From the NCBI GenBank assembly GCA_963806225.1, contig CAWDXG010000001.1, positions 768,001 to 832,000 on the forward strand: a DNA stretch of 64,000 bases. Direction: 5' to 3'. How positions within the stretch are numbered: the stretch's first letter is position 1; the number at the start of each line of letters is the position of its first letter. Below the pieces are notes generated by a model, which had not been told where the DNA came from, searched no databases, and worked only from the letters and a program-made list of their open reading frames with translations. This document shows, one piece after another, positions 1-7,583 of this stretch. This DNA comes from an uncultured delta proteobacterium (lineage in GTDB: Bacteria; Myxococcota_A; Polyangia; Polyangiales; Polyangiaceae). The position numbers were made by a program, and so were the translations under genes.

Positions 1-2286
1 GCGGGCGGATCACGGCCATGGTGGGTGTGCCCGCGCTCTGGGAGATGCTCGAGCGCCGCATCCTTTCCCGGGTTGCCGAGCGCGGCGCGCTGGCTTCACG
101 AGTGTTCAGCTTCGCCGTGGATCTGAACCGCACGCTCGGCATGAATCTCGGAATGGACACGGGCCGGCTGCTGTTCGGCCCGGTACACGAGGCGCTGGGA
201 GGCCACCTCCGGTACCTGGTGAGCGGCGGCGCAGCGCTGCCCGAGCGCACGCATCAACTCTTCTCCGGAATGGGCCTGCATCTGGCCGAAGGCTACGGCC
301 TGACGGAAGCGTCACCCGTGCTCACCGTCGCCGAGGCCGGTCCCCGCTCCAGGCCCGGCCACGTCGGCAAGCCGATCCCCGGCGTGGAGATCCGCATCCA
401 GGAACCGAACGCCGAGGGCGTCGGCGAGGTGCTCGCGCGTGGGCCGAACGTGATGCTCGGCTACGCCGACGATCCTCGAAGCACGGGCCGCACCATCGAC
501 GAGGACGGCTGGCTGCACACAGGCGATCTGGGCCGGCTCGACAAGCGGGGGCAGCTCGTGATCGTCGGACGCGCGAAGGACACCATCGTCGGTTCCAGTG
601 GCGAGAACGTCTATCCCGACGACGTGGAAGCGCGTCTGGGCAAGGTCGAGCACGTTCTGGAGCTGGTCATCGTCGGGACCAGCGATCGCGCGCGGCGGCG
701 AGCGTGTGGCCTGCGTCGCGGTGCCGGAAGAAGACGCGGCACTCTCCCGCGCCGAACGCCACGCGCGCGCACGCCAGGCGCTGGACAAGGCGCTCTCGGC
801 GCTGCCGGCGTCGAGCCGTCCCGCGGTGGTCACTCTGCTCGACACGCCGCTGCCCCGCACCGCCACGCGCAAGGTCAAGCGCCCGGAAGTCCGTCGCCTG
901 ATCGAACGCGTGGCGCCGCTCAGCGAGAGGCCGCCGCGGCTCGACCCGGCACAGGCCGAGGGGCTCGACGGCGCGGCGCGCGCGGTGCGGGCGGCCGTGG
1001 CCGCCATCGCGCGCCGGGCACCCGATTCGCTGTCTCCGGAGACGAGCCTCAGAGGCGATCTCGGGTTCGATTCGCTCATGCTGCTGGAGCTGCTGGTCGC
1101 GCTGGAGGCACAGGCGGGCAGCCCCCTGGATGCCGAGCGGCTGAACGACTGCGTGAGCGTGGGCGACGCGGAAACCCTGCTGAGGGAGCACGGAGGCTCG
1201 CAGAAGCGGTCCGCAAGCTCGACGATCGAGCGCGAGCAGGACGAGCCGCTGGAGCTGCCGCCGGCGATGCGCGAAGCGGCGATGCATTGGCTGGGTCGCG
1301 CCCAGATGGGCTTCTATGACAGCGTGCTCGAGACGAAGGTCAGCGGTCGGGCGTTCATCCCGCACAACAAGAACACGCTCATCGCCGCCAACCACGCAAG
1401 CCACCTCGACATGGGGCTCGTGAAGTTCGCCCTCGGCAGCTACGGAACGGGCATCGTGTCGCTGGCGGCGCAGGACTATTTCTTCGAGGGCGGTCGCTGG
1501 CGTCGGGCGTATTTCGAGAACCTGACGAATCTCGTGCCCATGTCCCGCGCAGGCTCGCTCCGGCAGAGCCTCCGGCAGGCGGGCGACCTGCTGGAGCAGG
1601 GCAACACGGTGCTGATCTTCCCCGAGGGCACGCGCAGCTCCGACGGCGAGGTGCACGAGTTCAAGCCGGCCGTCGGCCATCTCGCTCTTGCCCACGACGT
1701 GGATATCCTTCCGGTGCACCTGGGCGGCACGCACGCGGCACTTCCCAAGGGAGCGACGCTGCTCAGGCGCCGCAATGTGACGGCGCGCATCGGCCCGCCT
1801 CTCGAATCCGGACAGCTGCGTCGGCTCACAGCCGGCATGACGAACAGCGAGGCTTCGCGGGCCGTCGCCCGCCTGGCCCGCCGCGCAGTGCTGGCGTTGT
1901 CGCGCGGCGAGGTGCTCGACATCAGCCGGCTGGAGAGGATCGACGACGGGCCGGCTCCGGAAGAGGAGTCGCTCGCCGATGTCTTTCGCGAGCTGGAGAA
2001 CCGTTTCGTCGCCGGCAGCGTCGACGATCCGGTGAGCTTCTACTTCTCGTTGGGCGGCGGCGAGCGCTGGACGGTGAAGATCTCGCGCGAGCACTGCGAA
2101 GTAAAACCCGGCAAGGTCGAGTCCGCCGACTGCGTGCTGAAGACCACGCCCACCATGTTCACGCGCATCGTGCGCGAGGCGTACACACCGTCACCGGCGG
2201 AGTTCATGTCGGGAACTGTCAAGAGCAACAACATCGGCCTGCTGCTCACCTTCCAGAAGGCCTTCCAGCTCTCGGAGCCCGGCTGA
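1..2286 (+). CDS. 5'-partial multidomain acyl-CoA synthetase / ACP / acyltransferase / SCP2 protein (ElbD-like ether-lipid enzyme), one frameshift near 687
   Basis: ORF 18..: AMP-binding motifs EGYGLTE, WLHTGDLG, GRAKD. ORF 598..2286: ACP motif DLGFDSL, PlsC motifs NHASHLD and FPEGTRS, C-terminal SCP2-like segment (ADCVLKT..F..I....P...FMSG.VK). The two frames join if one base is removed at about 687. Confidence 0.8.
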
Positions 2287-3317
2287 TGGCACGCTACTGG
2301 GTCGGCGGCGCGACCGGATTTCTCGGTTCGCATCTGGTGCGGGTGCTGCGCGAGCGCGGCCACGAGGTTGTGGGCGCGTCGCTCGGCGGCGGGCGCGTGG
2401 CGGATGTCAACGTCGAGCAGGTCGACGTGCTCGACGCGGGCGCGGTCGAAAGGAGCGCTCGCGGCGCCGACGGCGCGTTCCTCGCAACGGGTCGCGTGTC
2501 GCGCGACCGCGACGCCCAGGAGGCGCTGCACCGGCTGCACGTCGTGGGCACGCGCACGGCGCTTTCGGGGCTCGCGGCCGCGGGCGTGCGGCGCGCCGTC
2601 GTGGCAAGCACCAGCGGCACGATTGCGGTGGGAACCGACCCCGACCGCGTGCTGGACGAGTCCGCCGCTGCACCGATGGAGATCATCGCGTCGTGGCCGT
2701 ACTACCGTACGAAGTACTACGCCGAGCGCGAGGCGCTCGAGGCGAACAGTCCGCCCGCGTTCGAGGTGGTGATCGTCAACCCGAGCCTGCTGCTAGGCCC
2801 CGGTGATCTGCGGGAGTCGTCCACGGGGGACGTGCGGCGCTTTCTCGAGCGCAGCGTGCCGGCCGTTCCGGCGGGAGGCATCGCGTTCGTCGACGTACGC
2901 GATGCCGCTTCCGGCATGCTGGCGGCCTTCGAGCGCGGGGAGGCCGGCGAGCGCTACATCCTCAACGCGAAGAACATGACGATCGCGGCATTCTTCCAGC
3001 GCCTCGAACGCCTCACCGGCGTCCGGGGACCGCGCCTGCGTATGCCGGCGTCGCGATCGCTAGCGCTGGGAGCGAACCGGTTGTTTTCCCGCGCCGTCCG
3101 CGCCATCGGCGGCACGCCGCCGGTGGACGAGGTCAGCGTCGAGCTGGGCCAGTACTTCTGGTATTGCACGAGCGAGAAGGCCGAGCGAGAGCTCGGCTGG
3201 AGCGCGCGCGATCCCGGCGAGACGCTGCGCGATACCGTAAACGATCTCGTGGCCCGGGGGGTCGCGCACCCAGGCGGTGCGCGTCTCGGGGAAGAGCGCG
3301 AGAAGGTGCTGACCTGA
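2286..3317 (+). CDS. NAD-dependent epimerase/dehydratase (ElbE-like, dihydroflavonol reductase type)
   Basis: GATGFLG Rossmann motif, YYRTK catalytic YxxxK, start overlaps the upstream stop (TGATG). Confidence 0.85.
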   Translation: MARYWVGGATGFLGSHLVRVLRERGHEVVGASLGGGRVADVNVEQVDVLDAGAVERSARGADGAFLATGRVSRDRDAQEALHRLHVVGTRTALSGLAAAGVRRAVVASTSGTIAVGTDPDRVLDESAAAPMEIIASWPYYRTKYYAEREALEANSPPAFEVVIVNPSLLLGPGDLRESSTGDVRRFLERSVPAVPAGGIAFVDVRDAASGMLAAFERGEAGERYILNAKNMTIAAFFQRLERLTGVRGPRLRMPASRSLALGANRLFSRAVRAIGGTPPVDEVSVELGQYFWYCTSEKAERELGWSARDPGETLRDTVNDLVARGVAHPGGARLGEEREKVLT

Positions 3318-3342
3318 CGCTGCCTGGCGCGGCCCAGCGCGC

Positions 3343-4203
3343 CTACTGGATTGTGCCGCCGCAGTCGACGAACGACGCGATGGTCGTGTCGATGCGGAAG
3401 TGCGACTCGGTGGTGTGGCGCTCCGCGGAGAACACCTCCAACGAGTAGGTGCCGCCCTTCTGTAGGCCCAGCGCGCTGGCCTGCGCGTCGAGATCCACCG
3501 AATCGGTCTCGGCGCCGTGCACACCGCCTAGATCGATGGCGAGCTTGCCGTTGATGAACGTCCACAGGTCGTCGTCGCCGGTGAACTTGAACACCTCGCC
3601 GCCGTTGTAGACGAACTTCGTGTGGATCTCGAACGTGAAGTGGAAGTTGTGGTTGTTGCCCTCGTTGCCCCAGCCCTGGTTGTCGATGGGGAAGAAGGCT
3701 CCGTTGTCGTAGGTGTAGACGTCGCCGCTCGCCTTGGTGAGCGTGATCGTGTACGGGATCTTCTTATTGACGTTTGGCACGTCGTGGTACCACTGGTCGA
3801 ACGTCGTCTGGCTGTGGACCGTGGTGGTCGGCTGGGAGCCGTGCGCGTACTCGGGCTTGTGATCGGCGCCCAGCAGCGTCTTCACGATGCCCTTGTCGTC
3901 GGCGATCGTGTACTCGAAGTCGGGGTGGCTCTGCTGGAAGTCGCGGATGGTGCCGGTGAGCGAGCTGCCGCAGTAGCCGTTGCCGCCGGCGCCGCCCGGG
4001 CCGTTGTTGCCGCCGGTGCCGTTGCCGCCGTTGCCATTGCCGCCCAGATTGACGTTCCCGCCATTGCCGCCGGTGCCGTTGCCGGCGCCCGAGCCGCCGC
4101 TGGCGTTCGAGGCCGTGCCCCCGGTGCTACCACCGCAGGAGACGCCAGTGAGCGCCGCGAGGGAAAGGATTGCGGCTACGGCAAACCGACGGGAAGCAAT
4201 CAT
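3343..4203 (-). CDS. Fibro-slime domain lipoprotein
   Basis: Signal peptide ending GVSC, Gly/Asn linker, then TIRDF..HPDFE, FFPID, HNFHFTFE, FTGDDDLW.FING.LAIDLGGVH, AERHT. Confidence 0.85.
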   Translation of the reverse strand: MIASRRFAVAAILSLAALTGVSCGGSTGGTASNASGGSGAGNGTGGNGGNVNLGGNGNGGNGTGGNNGPGGAGGNGYCGSSLTGTIRDFQQSHPDFEYTIADDKGIVKTLLGADHKPEYAHGSQPTTTVHSQTTFDQWYHDVPNVNKKIPYTITLTKASGDVYTYDNGAFFPIDNQGWGNEGNNHNFHFTFEIHTKFVYNGGEVFKFTGDDDLWTFINGKLAIDLGGVHGAETDSVDLDAQASALGLQKGGTYSLEVFSAERHTTESHFRIDTTIASFVDCGGTIQ

Positions 4204-4385
4204 GGCAAGACCTCCGGACGGGACGTTCACCCCGTCTTTTCCAGGCTATCAGCGCGGTGCTCCGCCTTCAACTCGGCTGCCGGGAAGGGACTTTGCCGCC
4301 AGGTATTCCGCCGCGATTGCACGGCATCGTGAGCCGTCCGGGGCTCGCCATGCGCTCGCCGTACGGCGTGCTTACCCTTAGGAGC

Positions 4386-5090
4386 ATGACGGGGCTCACA
4401 CGCTGGGGTGCGTTCTTGGCTGCGGGGCTGGTCTTGTCCGGATGTTCGCGGCAGCCGGCGGCAGCGCCGGGCAGCGAGGCATCGACCGAGCAGCAGCTTG
4501 TCGATCGATCCGCCGACGCGCTCGTTGCGATGCGCGACAGCGGACGCTTTCCCGCGCTCGGCTACTTCCTGACGCACGCGAAGGGAGTGATGGTCTTTCC
4601 GCGCGTCATCAAGGCCGGGCTCATCCTGGGAGGTTCGGGGGGCAACGGCGTGCTCGTGGCACGCCAGCCCGACGGCAGCTGGAGCGCGCCGGCCTTCTAC
4701 TCGCTCGGCGGCGGCAGTGCCGGTGCCCAGATAGGTTTCCAGCAGGCCGCGGTGGTGCTCTGCTTCATGAGCGAGTCGGCGTTGAGGTCGGCGATCGACC
4801 GGGGACTCACGCTTGGCACCGACGCCAGTGTGGCGGCCGGCACGATCGGCAACAGCGGGAAGGCTGTAGCCAAGAGCTCTGCCAGCGATATCTACCAGCT
4901 TGTGAACGCGGGTGGGCTCTTCGCAGGCGTGTCGCTAACGGGCACCGTGGTCTCGGCGCGCGACTCGTTCAACCGGGCCTACTATGGACCGGAAGCCACC
5001 ACGCGCGGCATCGTGGTCGACGGCCGCTTCGATCGTCCCAGCGCAGCTGTGCTGAAGCAGGCGCTGTCCGCGGGAGAGCGGCAGCAGTAA
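4386..5090 (+). CDS. Lipid-binding SYLF (Ysc84) domain lipoprotein
   Basis: Lipobox LSGC; KAGLILGGSGGNGVL, WSAPAF, GGGS.G.QIG, GLFAGVSL, NRAYYG. Confidence 0.85.
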   Translation: MTGLTRWGAFLAAGLVLSGCSRQPAAAPGSEASTEQQLVDRSADALVAMRDSGRFPALGYFLTHAKGVMVFPRVIKAGLILGGSGGNGVLVARQPDGSWSAPAFYSLGGGSAGAQIGFQQAAVVLCFMSESALRSAIDRGLTLGTDASVAAGTIGNSGKAVAKSSASDIYQLVNAGGLFAGVSLTGTVVSARDSFNRAYYGPEATTRGIVVDGRFDRPSAAVLKQALSAGERQQ

Positions 5091-5164
5091 CGCTGCGTAC
5101 CCGATCATGTCGGCGGAGCAGTGCGGCTGGAGCTGCGGGGTTCGCGTCACGGGTGTTGTCGGGA

Positions 5165-5181
5165 TGTCTCGATTCGAGACA
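5165..5181. promoter_or_regulatory. Perfect inverted repeat, candidate operator upstream of the GNAT-HDO-YcaO operon
   Basis: TGTCTCGA-T-TCGAGACA, flanked by GTTGTC direct repeats at 5155-5160 and 5183-5188. Confidence 0.4.
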
Positions 5182-5255
5182 CGTTGTCAGCTCGGGAAGG
5201 ATGCGGCGTCGAAAACTTGGTCTCGCGCTTCGCGTTGGTGCACCTTCCGCGCTCG

Positions 5256-5963
5256 ATGCACGACGCCCTCTCTCAAAGGCTCTGGGCACTCGACTGGTCC
5301 GCGCTTCTTCCCTGGACACTCGAAGACGGAGTCCAGCTCGAATGCGGAAGCGTCGAGGATGTTCTGGCGTTCGTTCGGGACCGCTACGCGACGATCTTCG
5401 CAACCGATCCGGATGACCGCCGCTTTCTTCACGAACAGCCGTCCGTTGCCAAGCAGCGGTTTCTGGAGTGCTCCGATCGATTCGCCTTTCGCGAGAAAGG
5501 TCGCGTGATCGGGGTCCTGGTCGGCAACCCGGTTGACTGGAGCACGTACTACTGGCGCACCGTGGCTTTCCTTCCGGAACACCAGGGTCGTGGCCTGCTC
5601 GCCGCGGCGCTCGCGCGGACCGACGAGGTGATGCGCGCCGCCGGCATCGAACGCGTCGAGGGGGACGCCGCGCCCGCCAACTACCGCCAGGTGCGGCTCT
5701 TGTTGCGCCTGGGCTACTGCATCACGGGCCAGAACAATAGCGAACGCTGGGGAGCGATGCTCCGTTTGACCAAATTCCTGCGCCACGAGGCAGAGCACGT
5801 GTTCCTCGAGCAGTTCTGCAAGGATTCGAAGCTTCCGGGCCATCCGGCCCGAAAATCGAAAGAGAAAGGAGCTCAGCGTGAAGAAATTCGCAACCGGTTG
5901 CTTCTAGGCACTGTCGAGCCAGAGTCGGCCGCCCTGGCTAGCGTGCTGGGAGGTCAGCCGTGA
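5256..5963 (+). CDS. GNAT family N-acyltransferase (start uncertain, ORF open from 5121)
   Basis: Acetyl-CoA binding motif A VAFLPEHQGRGL, then N....LLLRLGY. Its stop overlaps the GTG of the next gene (GTGA). Confidence 0.8.
   Translation: MHDALSQRLWALDWSALLPWTLEDGVQLECGSVEDVLAFVRDRYATIFATDPDDRRFLHEQPSVAKQRFLECSDRFAFREKGRVIGVLVGNPVDWSTYYWRTVAFLPEHQGRGLLAAALARTDEVMRAAGIERVEGDAAPANYRQVRLLLRLGYCITGQNNSERWGAMLRLTKFLRHEAEHVFLEQFCKDSKLPGHPARKSKEKGAQREEIRNRLLLGTVEPESAALASVLGGQP
5878..5907 (+). CDS. Candidate 9-aa RiPP precursor peptide MKKFATGCF (not in the ORF track)
   Basis: AAAGGAG Shine-Dalgarno at 5865-5871, 6-nt spacer, then GTG AAG AAA TTC GCA ACC GGT TGC TTC TAG. Lies in the +1 frame inside the GNAT C-terminal tail, directly ahead of the HDO and YcaO genes. 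Confidence 0.6.
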   Translation: MKKFATGCF

Positions 5964-6655
5964 TCGGCGACGCTCTACGCGTCGAGCTCGAGCGCTATGC
6001 AGCGACTCTCGAGCAGCAGAACCCGCTCTACCTGGCGGCCAAGCGGGGCGCCTTCACGCCCGAGGTGGCATCGCGCTACCTCGTCAACGTGCGGCACCTG
6101 ATCCGGCACACCTCCCCGCACCTCCGGCGGGCGAGAGCACGAGCTCTGGCCCGGGGCGCCCGGGCGCTGGCGGACCACTACGACCACAAGCTGGCCGAAG
6201 AGCGCGGCCACGACCTGTGGGCAGATCATGATCTGGAGAAGCTCCGAACGCGTTTCGGTACCTCCGGTCGCGCCGGGATCGTTCCGGCGCTGACCGCTCT
6301 GCTCGAGTTTCTCGAGCGGACGATCGACCGCGACCCGGCGCTCTACCTCGCCTACGTGCTGTTTGCCGAATATGTCATCGCGGCGCGCGGCGGCGAGTGG
6401 CTGGCGGTCGTCCGGGACGTTTGCGGCATCCCGATCGGAGCGATGAGCGTGATCGCCCGGCACGCGGAGCTCGACCGGGAGCACACCCACGAAGGCTTCG
6501 AGACGATCGACGCGCTCGTCACGGAGCCGGCGATGCTCGCTCCGATGCGCGAGGTGCTGCTCGCTTCACGCGACCTCTTCGAGGGCTTCTGCCGCGAGAT
6601 CGTCTCCGACGCGTGCAGCACGGAGGCGCCATGGATGGTGGCCGAGACAGGCTGA
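5960..6655 (+). CDS. Iron-containing redox enzyme, heme-oxygenase-like diiron oxidase (HDO; CADD/PqqC/TenA fold)
   Basis: Predicted all-helical, with ligand motifs KLAEERGH, FAEY and HAELDREH. GGAGG SD at 5949-5953. Confidence 0.75.
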   Translation: MIGDALRVELERYAATLEQQNPLYLAAKRGAFTPEVASRYLVNVRHLIRHTSPHLRRARARALARGARALADHYDHKLAEERGHDLWADHDLEKLRTRFGTSGRAGIVPALTALLEFLERTIDRDPALYLAYVLFAEYVIAARGGEWLAVVRDVCGIPIGAMSVIARHAELDREHTHEGFETIDALVTEPAMLAPMREVLLASRDLFEGFCREIVSDACSTEAPWMVAETG

Positions 6656-7554
6656 GCCGGGAACTGCCCATTCCCAAGGGCTGGTCGGAGCTCGAGATGG
6701 TCGACGACTGTGTGGACATCGCGGGCGTGCAGGTTCATCGGGCCGGCATATCGAGCCGCAACAGCTCCGGCATCGAGGTGACGGGGAGCGCTGCCGCGCG
6801 GGGCGGCTCGCCGCTCAGGCGCGCTTGGCTCGAGCTGCTCGAGCGGATGGCGATCGTCGACTCGGGCGTGAGCTCGAGCGACGACCCACGCCGGCGCCCG
6901 TCCCGGTCCAACGGCGTGGCCGCGCATGCGACCTGGGCAGCGGCCTGCGAGAGCGCGAGGCTCGAGTTGATCGAGCGCGATCGCATTCTCCGCTCTTGGT
7001 ACGGCGAGCTCACGCCCGAGATGGCATCTGTTCCGGACGCGGTCTGCGACATCCGCAGCCACGCATGGCAGGCGTGCGTGGTATCCGGCGAACCGTGGGG
7101 CGAAGTCGAGGTCGCTGCTGTCGTGGGTTTCCCGCACGACCCGGAGATACCGCTGGCGCGGGGGTTTGCGGCGCGCGCTTCGCGCCGTGCGGCGATCGAG
7201 GCGGCGGGCCGCGAAGCGCTCCAGACGTTGGCGTTCCTGTGGGCTGAGCCGGTGCCGGTGGAACCGCCGGAGCTCTCCCCGACGCCCATCTACCACCTCG
7301 ACTACTACCTGTACCCACCTCACCACGCCGCGCTCCGCGGCTGGCTTGCCGGCGAGCACATGCGTTGTCCACAGCCTCTGGTTCCCGCGCCGGCTGACAT
7401 CCGCTTCATCGATCTCACGCCGCCTACGCTCGGCGGACGGCTGCATGTGGCCCAGGCGGCGAGCGAAGTGGCCTGTTCGTTGGAATTCGGCGAGCCGTCC
7501 GCGGCGGTGGCCGCTCGCCTGCCGCCGGAGCTTCACGTGCACCCGATATCCTGA
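6631..7554 (+). CDS. Compact YcaO-like protein (about 307 aa)
   Basis: RAWLELLER and SRSNGVAAH....ACESARLELIERD match YcaO ATP-binding motifs. C-terminus HVHPIS. GGAGG SD at 6622-6626. Confidence 0.75.
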   Translation: MDGGRDRLSRELPIPKGWSELEMVDDCVDIAGVQVHRAGISSRNSSGIEVTGSAAARGGSPLRRAWLELLERMAIVDSGVSSSDDPRRRPSRSNGVAAHATWAAACESARLELIERDRILRSWYGELTPEMASVPDAVCDIRSHAWQACVVSGEPWGEVEVAAVVGFPHDPEIPLARGFAARASRRAAIEAAGREALQTLAFLWAEPVPVEPPELSPTPIYHLDYYLYPPHHAALRGWLAGEHMRCPQPLVPAPADIRFIDLTPPTLGGRLHVAQAASEVACSLEFGEPSAAVAARLPPELHVHPIS

Positions 7555-7583
7555 CGAGGGCTCGTGGTGTAGGGTAACCGGCT

